From positions 1 to 27,479 of the forward strand of contig NIVC01002361.1 in the NCBI GenBank assembly GCA_002269645.1: DNA of 27,479 bases, in the 5' to 3' direction. Each line of letters opens with the position of its first letter. The first letter of the stretch is position 1. This DNA is from Macrostomum lignano (Eukaryota). Below are positions 1 through 11,144 of the stretch, piece by piece. The notes beneath the pieces are model-generated. The model saw only the letters and a program-made list of their open reading frames with translations, searched no databases and was not told where the DNA came from. The translations under genes were made by a program, and so were the position numbers.

Positions 1-144
1 AAACTACGGCTATGGCTATGGGAACTACGGGAATATGGTAATTTCAAGGTCCCTACGGCTATGGATACGGAGAATTGGAATAAGCCGTAGTTTTGCTTAC
101 GGCTACGGCTATGGTACATGGACCCTCCTTATGGCAGAACACTA
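1..144 (+). mobile_element. Right end of a non-autonomous DNA transposon (MITE family 1), truncated by the window start
   Basis: 1-144 closely matches 4590-4722 (GGGAACTA(C/T)GGGAATATGGTAA...GGAATAAGCC...CCCTCCTTA(T/C)GGCAGAACACTA) and ends in the same terminal sequence GCAGAACACTA. Confidence 0.8.
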
Positions 145-1427
145 TATTAGGGCTAGGGGTTAGACATGATCTACCCAGTGTCCATGATGTCAGCATTATG
201 CCGTAATTATGCTGACGCGTCAGCATATTTTTGACAAGCAAAAAAATTCCAAATTTGTGTTGCATTGATATCTGTTTGATATTTATTGAAAGTGCTTTCA
301 GTTTTGCCAGCAATTCTTTCTTTTTTAGGCGCAGCATCAAACTGGAATAAATTTGGCCTGTGCATGCCACGGCACAATTAAGGCATTAAGTGCTAAAAAT
401 ATGACTTTGAGAAACTTAGAAGGAAAAGATTTTATGCAGGTTCCTGAATAGTCCCAAATTTATAATAGTCTTCAAAGATACCCATTGACAAATTTTACTG
501 TCTTCATAATTTTTGCATATATACAGCATGCAAATGCTTGTTCATTTCGTCGATTTGATATAATTTGAATTGTACATGTTTCTTATATATACTGAATGGA
601 CTACAAATAGTAGTCATACAAGTAATATTTAGATGGTTTATTTTAAGCTATGTTATCTTTTGGCTATAGTAGTTATACATGTTTTTATTTTTTTGTTATA
701 ATAATAAATATTAAACAATATTGAACAAAAATATAGCACATTTTTAATTGATGCTTTTTACACTCATTTGTCTTAGGCCTAGTCTGTCTCGATCAATTGT
801 ACTGGCTTTTATATGTATGCGCAGAAAATACCTTTTCTAACAAGGCATTTGTATATTAGTTTCTAGCAATAGTAGTGGGTGCAGTCTGACAATTTTCTAA
901 GGCTGTATATGATATTACAAAGTTATATATGTTAATGTACTAGCCTAGGCTCTATAGGCATAGGCCTATGTGAAATATTGTACTTGTCATATTTTATATA
1001 GGGCCTACACCAGTTTTTAGTTGCTTTGTTGTATAAATTGCTGTTAAAATATGATATGATATAATACTGTTCCTTGTAGTTTATATTGCAAATAGCAAAC
1101 AATTACATATTCAGTTGTCAAAAAAGGATAAAACTAATTTTAAGTTTTATCTAAATCAATGAAACAAATGTTGAAATCAGACAATAGGCTTTTTCCAGTT
1201 TCTTAACTATTTTATTTACTGGGACACTTAAGCCTTTAAGAGGTCTACTTATAGTAAAGTACTTATCTAAATATCTATAGACAGAATAATAATTCATTGT
1301 AGGCCTAATTATAGGTTATAAACATAGCTAGGCCTATAGTATATTATTGTATAAGGCAAAAAAAGGTTTAACCTTTTATATTTATAAGTTAGGCCTAATG
1401 AATAGGCCCTTAATTTACTCTGTATAT

Positions 1428-1830
1428 ATATAAAGCCTAGGTTTTTTTAAGGTTAGAAATCCAGTTGCCAATGGCTATTTTTGGTTGCCCACTGGCAACC
1501 TAACTACCCGCATTCTTGAGGATCTAGATATTTCTAGGGCTCATTAAAACATGGATACACTATATGACTATGTGAATGAAACAGTTTGGGACTTGGTATT
1601 AAATTGACATTGAAATTGTCCATTTTTGCAACTTTGTTTTTGCATCAACTTAGATTAATAGGCCTATAACATTTTTATTATACTTGTAAAATCATTTTCT
1701 GAAAGTGGCAACTGGCACAGGGAAATAAAGTTGCTAGATTGGCCTCTGATGCCAAAAATCCAATTGCCAATGAGATTTTCAAGGGGCCAAAAAATCCCAT
1801 ATGGCCAAAAAATAAACCTAGGCATTATAT
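1428..1830. mobile_element. Small MITE-like element nested in the 172-3773 transposon
   Basis: Inverted repeats ATATAAAGCCTAGGTTTTTTT (1428-1448) and 1810-1830 (reverse complement ATATAATGCCTAGGTTTATTT), 19/21 match. Internal repeated AAATCCA(G/A)TTGCCAATG. No clear TSD. Confidence 0.45.
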
Positions 1831-2616
1831 CTTATATTATTGTTATTTAATTACTAATTTAACTATAAAGTGCCAATTTATTTTGATTTAATAGGATTTA
1901 TTTGGTTACCTACAAAAAATAAATATAATATAATAATATATAAAGGCAAATTCTATAAACAAAAAATTTAAATTGAATATCAATTTTTTAGCAATATTAA
2001 AAATGTGATAAATATATTTTTTCCATCATAGTTTAAGACTTTATTATGGCTTTTTAAATTCTAATTTTTTATTTTTTATATTGTAATGTTCATGATATTT
2101 TCATGATTAAATGTCTAAATACGATATATTGATACAATATTAAGTATAGCAAAAGCAGTTAATATGCAGTGTATTATGTTAATGTGTAGTTTAATATTTT
2201 TATATATTGCAAGTATAGCATGTTGTTAAAGAGGGACATTATTTTCATGGTATATATTGACAAAGATCAATCAATTTTATTAGTTTACTATGTGGATAAG
2301 ACTAGGACTAGGAGCAGCATTATCTACATAATTCTATGCCAATTGGGAAAATATTCTATAGTATATAATATTAAATATTAAGTATTGAGTAGTATTAAGT
2401 ATTTTCTTCCTTAATAGTCAGTTTATCTAAGATTCTAAGAGAAGGAAAGACAGGGATTGGAAAAGAATAATAGATATATATTAGACAACTATATAAGTGG
2501 TAGAAAGGAGAGGAGAAGACTATGGGAATTGAAAAAAGAAAAGTTTGTAAGTGGGAGTTAAAAGCCAAATAAACATGTTATCTAAAGTCCAATTCATGCA
2601 TTATTTCTTATTTCAG

Positions 2617-3110
2617 ATGAGCATTCAATTTGAACAATGCAAATTCAAAGTCACATGCTTCGAAGCTGGGATGCAATTACTGTCAAGGTTGAAGAAGTTT
2701 CGCTGAAGATAGGGTGGTTTACAAAACTTTTGTAGGCATTAAAAGAACAGATGCAGACTACAAATCTGGTCTTGAGAATAACCAACTGCAGATTTCGCCA
2801 CTCATTGACAATGCAAACTTGCAGTCTGGTTTCCCTGTTGATTACTAACATTCTGTTTGTTTGGGAGTTGTTCGCCAATTGTTAAAGTTTTTTCTCCACT
2901 GTAAAGGGTTTTTGTCTTCGTTGTAAATTACACCCAACTGCTTTGGCTGAGCTGTCTGAAAAGTCGATTTCTTTGGCAAAATTTATACCAAATGAGTTTC
3001 AGTGACGGCCAAGGCGATTTGATACCAAGCTTTCTCATTTTAAGGCAACAGAATTCAGACTCTTTGCTGTATTTGGGACCCTATCTTTTAAAGAAGTATC
3101 TGCTTATAAC
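2617..3110 (+). pseudogene. Decayed CMC/EnSpm-like DDE transposase fragment (stops and frameshifts)
   Basis: Manual translation gives KSHASKLGCNYCQG* (CxxC, G at 2669), RTD (2744), SPLI, FPVDY*HSVCLGVVRQLL (2831-2884). After a frameshift: IPNEFQ*RPRR (2985) and HFKATEFRLF (K at 3042). After another shift: LLYLGPYLLKKYL. The motif order matches animal EnSpm-type transposases (GH..GC..C, RTD, SPL, FPxDYMHLVCLG, IPxEFxRKPR, WKATEFRxFLLYTGP). Confidence 0.85.
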
Positions 3111-3420
3111 TTTTGTATGTTGTTTTTGTTGCTATATTCTGTTTATATTTTTATGTTGTTATGTTTCTGTTTTCCCATGCTATTTAAGTTACTATTTAAG
3201 TTAAATTATAAAAGAATTAAAGAACTAAAAACATGTTCCTACCATTGTTTTCGATGTTAAAAAAATACTTTTCTGCGCCGTCTTTTTTACAATACACTCG
3301 TATTTAGTTCTTTTGTACCATTTCCTAAAGCCTAATTAAAGCCTTGTGGAGTTCAAAAAGGGTTAAGTGCTTCATTGTAATAATTGGACAACAATTGCAT
3401 TATTTATGAGCCACAGAAAG

Positions 3421-3760
3421 CTACGGCGTACATTGGTTTACTATATAATTGAACAGGCATATCAGTCGCATATAGTTGGCATAAAAGCAGCATTACACTG
3501 GCATTTCATGCTAACATAATGCCTGGATCCCGTCGCGACATTCAGTCTGGCATGATATGCCAGCATTATTCCAACAATGCAGCCACAATGCTACGAAGTA
3601 CATTGGTTAACTACGTAATTGAACAGGCATATCAGTCGCATATAGTTGGCATAAAAGCAGCATTACACTGGCACTTCATGCTAACATTATGCCTGGATCT
3701 CGTCGCGACATTCAGTCTGGCATGATGCTGGCATAATATTCCGGCATTATTCCGACAATG
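3421..3760 (+). repeat. Two-copy tandem duplication, period 170 bp, in the right subterminal region of the transposon
   Basis: CTACGGCGTACATTGGTTTACTA... at 3421 recurs as CTACGAAGTACATTGGTTAACTA... at 3591, with high identity through GTCGCGACATTCAGTCTGGCATGAT. Confidence 0.9.
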
Positions 3761-3942
3761 CGGACACTGGGTAATGATCTCAAGCGTAATTATAAAATTG
3801 TTGTTTTACAAAACCTTTTCCAGGACCCTGACTTATGGAATTTCAATCTGTGATTATGATTTTTTTCTTTAAACCCAAATTCAAATTTATATAGATTTAA
3901 AGTGTTCCACTGTAAGGAGGGTCCATATACCATAGCCGTAGC

Positions 3943-5080
3943 CCATAGTCAGGAAGGTGGCAGAGCAGAGTGTGCACTAGAATAAATTTTGGAGGGACAA
4001 TCTGTGCGCCGTCTATGTGCCATCTGTGTGCTGTCTATGCACCATTTGTGCGCCACTCTTCACGAGTAGAGTTTTCTAAGAAAGGTAGTGTTCCACCGTA
4101 GCCATAGCTATGGCTACGGGATCCTATAGCAAATATAGTAAAATAGGTGCCTATGGCAGCTACGGATATGCCTATGGTAGCTAGCTGCTCTTACAGCTAC
4201 AACTATGGGAATATGGTAGTTGCTGTCACATTCCATAGATTCCCATAGCCATAGTTATTAATGTTAAAAATTGAAAAAAAAATATTAGAAACAGGTAGAG
4301 TAAAACAAAGATACTTTTAGTAAGCTATATAATCAACCTAGAAACTTATAAAATATACCTAAAAAAGTACAATAAAACACTAGCAAACTCTAATTTTTAT
4401 TAATGTGAAAAAGTTTAGTGTTATAACTTTTAGTAACGATTAAGTATTGTTGCTCTGAAAAAAGACGAAATATAATCTTACAAAGGCAATCAAGTGTTTC
4501 TTTTATTTTCTAATTTAATTTGCAATTGTTTAAGCACTAGGTTATTGTCTTGATTCAAAATATTTTATTTTTTAGTCTTTTTGTTAAAACTACGGCTACG
4601 GCTATGGGAACTATGGGAATATGGTAACTTAAGGGTCCCTATGGCTATGGAATACAGAGAATTGGAATAAGCCATAGTTTTGGTTACGGCTATGGACCAA
4701 CCCTCCTTACGGCAGAACACTAGTCCTTCGTACGAAAAGTCTTTTTAAAATGTTATGCATATTTTCATTTTAAACAAACTTAAATTATACCTACAAATAA
4801 AGTAATGCAAAATTGACTTTCTTAGAAATAGTTTATACTAATTTTATTTACTGTCAATTTTAAAGATATAAAAAGTTTATCATTGACTTTCTAGACTATA
4901 CAAATCTTTATTTTACATAAAATTGTTAATTTGCATTACAATTTTCATGCATGTCAGGGACCTTATGCGCCGCAATTATGCGCCACATATGCTAGGGACC
5001 TCAGTGTATGCCATGATTGTGCACTAAGGACCCTATTGTGCACTAAGGACCCTTCTCAGAGGCCACCTTCCTGACTATGG
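3943..5080. mobile_element. Unclassified non-autonomous TIR element C (~500 bp of own sequence), inserted in MITE copy B
   Basis: Perfect 19-bp TIR CCATAGTCAGGAAGGTGGC (3943-3961) / GCCACCTTCCTGACTATGG (5062-5080). Flanking direct repeat GCCGTAGC at 3935-3942 and 5081-5088. Confidence 0.85.
4086..4722 (+). mobile_element. MITE family 1 copy A (637 bp), inserted in element C
   Basis: Left end TAGTGTTCCACCGTAG; right end reverse complement TAGTGTTCTGCCGTAAG. Subterminal CCATAG/CCGTAG hexamer repeats. Homologous to 1-144 and, inverted, to 5081-5683. No TSD recognisable. Confidence 0.85.
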
Positions 5081-6015
5081 GCCGTAGCCATAAGCAAAAC
5101 TATGGCTTATTCCAATTTTCTATATTCTATAGCCATAGGGACCTCAAAATTACCATATTCTCTTAGTTCCCATAGCCAAGCCATAGTTTTAACAAAAAGT
5201 CTAGAAAACAAAATATTTTGAATCAAGAAGATAACATAGTACTTAAACAACTGCAAATTAAGTTAGAAAATAAAAGAAATACTTGATTGCCTTTATAAGA
5301 TTATATTTTGTCTTTTTTCAGTGCAACAATACTTAATCATTACTGAAAGTACTAATGTTAAACTTTTTCACATTAATAAAAATTAGAGTTTGCTAGTATT
5401 TTATTGTACTTTTTTAGGTTTAATAAGTTTCTAGGTTGATAATACAGGTTACCAAAGTATATTTGTTTTACTCTACCTGTTTCTAATATTTTTTTCATTT
5501 TTTTAACAAGAATAACTATGGCTACAGGAATCTACAGAATGTGACACCAACTACCATATTTCTGTAGTCATAGCCATAAGAGCAGCTAGCTACCATAGGT
5601 ATATCCATAGCTACCATAGGCACCTATTTTACTATATTTGCATAGGATCCCATAGGAATAGCTACAGCTACAGTGGAACACTAGATTTAAATAAAGTAGG
5701 CCTATTCTTTCAAAAAATATAATGCCTTTTGGTATTTAATTTTTAGCTTACTCAAAATAAGATTTAGACTAGAATTATAACTCTTATATGCCTTACCAGA
5801 AGCTAGAACTTAAAAGAATCTTTATTTAAAAGAGTTGAAAATCCAAGATATAATAAAATAAAGTAAAATAAAAAGCCTTACTAGATCAAATACTAAATAG
5901 ATTGAATACTAATATTTTAAATATAGACCTTGTATAATGTGTAAATTCTGTATTTTATTTCTGTATTGTATTTTATTCTTTATTAATTGATTGGCAATTA
6001 CCCTACTCATAAATC

Positions 6016-6640
6016 TTACTTCTGGAAGTTGGTGTGGTATATGCAGCAGCAAGCTTCCAGTGGTGTTTGGCTGAAAGTTACTACATGTCTGGGCCTTAAC
6101 TTGGCAAACTTTGATAATAAAATGTTCATATCTAGGTTGTCCTCAAGGAACATTGCATTGCAATCATACGTGTGCAACCTTGGGAATCACCGGCCGTTTC
6201 TATTGGCAACGCAGACATGTAAGTCGCTATTGGCTGAGAGCAGTCACGTGACTACTATTCTGTCCAATAGCGACATACATGTGTGTGTTGCCAATAGAAA
6301 CGGCCGGGTGAATCCCAAGGTTGCGCCCAAGCATGATTGCAATCCTTATACTTGCTGTCCCATACTAAAACCTTATTTATTTATAGCCTAGGCCTGTGAT
6401 TGACTGCTACCAAAAGGTATATTTGGACCAGCAACTTCTAATGCAGCATTAGGCTTGCTGGCTAATAGGGCAACTATGTTGACCATTCTTCTTTTTTCCC
6501 TCATCCCTCTTATGCACTCTTTTGCCTATGATCGTTGCTTTGCAACTTGCTAATGGTCAACAAATCTTTGCTTCATTGCACTTCTTTCTCTCTTTCTTTT
6601 TCTCTTCTCCATTTGTTGCAAAATGCCTTCTGATGTTGAG
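6016..6640 (-). pseudogene. Possible decayed DNA-transposon protein fragment (family uncertain)
   Basis: 6150->6016 reads FLEDNLDMNILLSKFAKLRPRHVVTFSQTPLEACCCIYHTNFQK*. This resembles a 'SKFxxLRPxxV...CxCxxHxN' pattern I recall from invertebrate DNA-transposon proteins. Further upstream on the minus strand is a K/R/E-rich frame with stops. Unverified. Confidence 0.35.
6157..6343. repeat. 187-bp imperfect palindrome (foldback/MITE-like)
   Basis: The arms pair: ATTGCAATCAT/ATGATTGCAAT, GCAACCTTGGGA/TCCCAAGGTTGC, GGCCGTTTCTATTGGCAAC/GTTGCCAATAGAAACGGCC, GTCGCTATTGG/CCAATAGCGAC. The centre is AGTCACGTGACT (6242-6253). Confidence 0.9.
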
Positions 6641-8564
6641 CATTTGTTTTCCAAATCATGATTAGTGCTAAATGGGAAAAACTCTAAATTAGCTGAAATG
6701 CAATGTAAACTTATATTTTAATTGATCCAAGCAAAAGTCTAAGCAGGATGTCTATGTTATTACCAAGAAATTGAGTGTTACAACCATAATCTTGTTGTTA
6801 CACACACTTTCTGTTCTAAAGGAATAGAGCTAAGTCCACCTAATTTGAAGATTAAGTTAGTTTTAAAAAGTGCTTATTTCCAAGAATTTTGAGTTCTTTA
6901 CACAAAAAATATTTATAAATATAATTTAAAACTGCATGTACTTTGATTCTTATAGTCATAAAAGCACAAAATCATGCACAATATTGGTCTACTAACTGAC
7001 TCACTAATGTATATTATAAGAGAAAAAACCTTATTTCATTTCTGCAACATATGATGAGCCGAGTTTAATTATTTCTGCCACAAAAAACATGAATAAAGTC
7101 TTTAAAATCAGTTTGTAAGAACACTGAAAACTTTGTAAGTGTATGTAAAACATGAAAAAATGCTGATAAAATTAAGCAAAACAAGTAAAATATGGTAATG
7201 TGATTAGATAATAACCTATACTTCAAATTATATAAAAAACATGTCTTAGGGCAAAATAAGTCACCTGCATTGACTAAAAATACAAAAAATAATTGATGAC
7301 CATTGTCCAAGTTATATAACTAGAAAAAAAGGAAATTTTTATTACATAAAACACATCTTAAAATTGCCTATCTAAAATGTTTGCAAAATGTTTTTTCCAT
7401 AAAAAATTATAGAATATATCTATACAAAATATGCCTTTGCAAATATTAAAAATAAATTATTTAGCGTATTGATACCATGGCAACAAAAGTCAAATAAAAA
7501 TGTTTCACATTTTTAAGATTTATAGAAAGTTTTTTTTCTCAAATTTCTGTTTCTACTTTTTTACAACTATTTAGCTTACATTTTGACCATGTAGGAATAT
7601 CATGGAATGTCATGTAGGAATATCACAAAGATCACTATCTTATCTTAGTGATAAGATTACACTATCTTAAGGGGCCAGGTAATATGAAACATATTTTATT
7701 GGCTGCATAGAATAGCCCAATTTATAATTCGGCTAGTAATTGGCTAATATATAAGGAATAGTTAATTAGCTCAAAATTTTGCATCACTTGATGCAAGGCA
7801 TTTTGACAGTGTAAAGTTTTGTGTTTGTAAAAGCATCCCAATTAAACTACTATTTCTAACATAAGCCTAGCTAGAATCAAACATATTTATATTTGTATTT
7901 ATATATGAAACTTGCTAAAATTGAGTGGGTTCAAAGTAAAAAGGGTCTATTAATGTTAAACTTATAGCAAGGAATAATCCTATATACTAAAAATGAGTTG
8001 TCTGTCGGTATGCGATAGATTTCAGAAAAATTGGCTCAACCGATTTTCTTCAAACTTGCACCATTTGATCAGAAATTTTCCTGGCACGGTACATGCATCC
8101 TGGCTAAGAAATTGCTCAATGTTAAAGGGATTAAATATTCAAAAAACATGCTTTTTTGCAAAGGTCAAGCCAAATTTTCGACTTGAAATGCATTGTAAGA
8201 ATGCTAGAAAAAAAACTGACTGACTGAATTCCGATTGTGCTAAAGATTGCATCACAACAAGTTGAAAACAGTGTCAAAGCAATGCACACACGACTTGAAT
8301 GAAATTGCGTAACCATATTGCCAACTTAAACTGAGACTGATTCTGGCTGACTGAGAAATTGATTATGTCATAACTTTTTATTCCAATTGACTTGCTGTAA
8401 GAATTGAATTATAAGGGCCACAATTCATGTTCTCCAATTGAAAAAAGATAGCCCTGATGCGAACAGACTGGAATGCTAATGTAGCAACCTGGATTCGAAT
8501 CTTAGTAGTGCAAAAAAGATTTTTTTTATTAAAACACCTTTAAAACACAAAATTGCTAAACATG

Positions 8565-9985
8565 TCGAACATTAAAGAGTTACCATGTCAAACATAAAAG
8601 AGCCACCATGTCAAACCTAAACGAGCCACCATGTCTAATATTTAAGAGGCACCATTTCGAACATTAAAGAGCCACCATTTTGAACATTAAAGAGCCACCA
8701 TGTCAAACATAAAAGAGCCACTATTTAGAACATCAAAGAGCCACTATGTCAAACATTTAGGAGCCACTTTTTTCGAACATTAAAGAGCCACCATGTCAAA
8801 CATAAAAGAGCCAACATGTCAGACATTAAAAAGCCACCGTATCAAATATAAAAGAGTTATCATGTAGAACAAAAAAGAGCCACCATTTCGAACATTAAAG
8901 AGCCACCATGTCAAACATAAAAGAGCCAACATGTCAGACATTAAAAAGCCACCGTATCAAATATAAAAGAGTTACCATGTAGAACAAAAAAGAGCCACCA
9001 TTTCGAACATACAAGAGCCACCATGGCGAACATTAAAGAGCCACCATGTCGAACATAAAAGAGCCACCATGTCAAACATAAAAGAGCCACCATTTTGAAC
9101 ATAAAAGAGCCACAATGTCGAACATAAAAGAGCCACCATGCCAAATATAAAAGAGCCACCATGCCAAACATTAAAGAGCCACCATGTCAATCATTAAAGA
9201 GCCACCATGTCAATTATTTATGTGTCTTTATGTCAAACATTAAAGAGCCACCATTTCGATCATTAAGGAGCCACCATGTCAAACATTTAAAAGCCACCTT
9301 GTCAAACATTAAATAGCCACATTGTCGAACATTAAAGAGCCACTGTGTCAAACATTAAAGAGCCACCATGTCAAACATTAAAGAGCCACCATGTCAGATA
9401 TTAAAAAGAGCCACCATGTCGAACATTAAAGAGCCACCATTTCGAAAATTAAAGAGCCACCATGTAGAATATTAAAGAGCCACCATGTCGAACATTAAAG
9501 AGCCACCATGTCAAACATATATGTGACTTTATGTCAAACATTAAAGAGCCACCATGTAGAACATTTAAGAGCCACCATGTCGAACATTAAAGAGCCACCA
9601 TGTCGAACATTAAAGAGCCACCATGTAAAACATTAAAGAGCCACATTGTCAAACATTAAAGAGCCACCATGTCGAACATTAAAGAGCCACCATGTCAAAA
9701 ATAGAAGAGCCACCATGTCAAACATAGAAGAGCCACCATGTCGAACAATAAAGGGCCACCATGTAGAACATTAAAGAGCCACTATGTCGAACATTAAAGA
9801 GCCACCATGTCAAACATTAAAGATCCACCATGTCGAACATTAAAGAGCCACCATGTCAAAAATAGAAGAGCCACCATGTCAAAAATAGAAGAGCCACCAT
9901 GTCAAAAATAGAAGAGCCACCATGTCAAACATAGAAGAGCCACCATGTCTAACAATAAAAAGCCGCCATGTCGAACATAGGAGAC
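8565..9985 (+). repeat. 23-bp minisatellite inside H1
   Basis: Consensus ATGTCAAACATTAAAGAGCCACC, dozens of copies; spurious ORFs across it show a 23-aa periodicity. Confidence 0.95.
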
Positions 9986-10077
9986 GCAGTTTTAAACGTA
10001 AAAAGAAGCGTCATGCCAATCACAAAGGAGCCATTATAAAGCTAAGGAAATTGTTGCACTTGCTACTTATTGTCCGG

Positions 10078-10405
10078 TGGATGCTTGCTATTTAAAGATC
10101 AATACTTGCTATCAATTGGTTGCTTGCTATCTGGGGGTGCTTGCTATCTGGGGGTGCTTGCTATCTGGGGGTGCTTGCTATCTGGGGGTGCTTGCTATCT
10201 GGGGTGCTTGCTATCTGGGGTGCTTGCTATCTGGGGTGCTTGCTATCTGGGGGATGCTTGCTATCTGGGGGTGCTTGCTAACTGGGGATGCCTGCTATCT
10301 GGGGGGTGCTTGCTATCTGGGGGTGCTTGCTAACTGGGGATGCCTGCTATCTGGGGGGTGCTTGCTATCTGGGGGTGCTTGCTAACTGGGGGGATGCTTG
10401 CTGTC
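10078..10405 (+). repeat. 17-19-bp G-rich minisatellite inside H1
   Basis: Unit (A/G)TGCTTGCTATCTGGGG(G). Confidence 0.95.
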
Positions 10406-11144
10406 TTAGGATGTTTTCTTTTTGCATTGCACTTCATCTGAGCAGTTTTTCTATTGACTATGTGAAGACTTTGTTTGGCCATCTTATTGATACTGGTAGA
10501 GAACAGAGATTCTATCTAGATGTCCCCCATCGGGGGGCGAAGATTGCTAGTCCTATATACTAAAAATGAGTTGTCTGTATGTATATGGGTATGCGATTGA
10601 TTTCAGAAAAATTGGCTCAACTGATTTTCTTCAAACTTGCACCATTCGATCAGAAATTTTCCTGGGACGGTACATGCATCTTGGCTAAGAAATTGCTCAA
10701 TATTAAAGGGATTAAATATTCGAAAAACATGCTTTTTTGCAAAGGTCAAGCAGCTCCTTCGACTTGAAATGCATTGTAAGAATGCTACAGACAAAACTGA
10801 CTGGCTGAATTCCGATTGTGATAAAGATTGCATCACAACAAGTTGAAAACAGTGCCGAAGAAATGCACACACGACTTGATTTAAATTGCGTAACCAATAC
10901 TGCTAACTTGAATTGAGAGTGATACTGGCTGACTGAGAAACTGATTATGTCATAACTTTTTACTCTAATTAACTTGCTGTAAGAATTGAATTATAAGGGC
11001 CACAATTCATGTACTTCAATTGAAAATAGATAGCCTAGACTAGATACGAACAGACTTGACTGCCAACGTAGCAACCTGGGTTCAAATCTTGGTAGAGCAA
11101 AATAATTTTTTTATTAAAACACCTTGAAAACACGAAACTGCTAA

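Larger units (their letters stand above)
172..3773 (+). mobile_element. Defective TIR DNA transposon carrying a CMC (CACTA/EnSpm-Mirage-Chapaev)-type transposase remnant
   Basis: TACCCAGTGTCC (172-183) is perfectly inverted as GGACACTGGGTA (3762-3773), and 25 of the first 32 nt match. ATGATC flanks both ends (166-171, 3774-3779). Subterminal GCATTAT(G/T)CC-like repeats occur at both ends. Transposase remnant at 2617-3110. Confidence 0.75.
3902..5683 (-). mobile_element. MITE family 1 copy B (~640 bp of own sequence), interrupted by element C
   Basis: Ends GTGTTCCACTGTA (3902-3914) and TACAGTGGAACAC (to 5681) are perfect inverted repeats. 3902-3942 plus 5081-5683 is a reverse-complement copy of 4086-4722. 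Flanking direct repeat TAGATTTAAA at 3892-3901 and 5682-5691. Confidence 0.85.
7978..10550 (+). mobile_element. Non-autonomous Helitron H1 (2573 bp)
   Basis: Starts A|TCCTATATACTAAAAATGAGTTGTCTGT. Ends with a CCCCC-ATC-GGGGGG hairpin (10524-10537) followed by CGAAGATTGCTAG. Colinear with 10551-13297. Confidence 0.85.

Noticed and set aside
5987-6391. Plus-strand 134-aa ORF
   Set aside because: It has a TTG start, spans the palindrome, and shows no recognisable motif; the opposite strand is the more protein-like one.
7660-7690. TTAA|GGGGCCAGG as a Kolobok-like transposon end
   Set aside because: No matching inverted end was found in the window.
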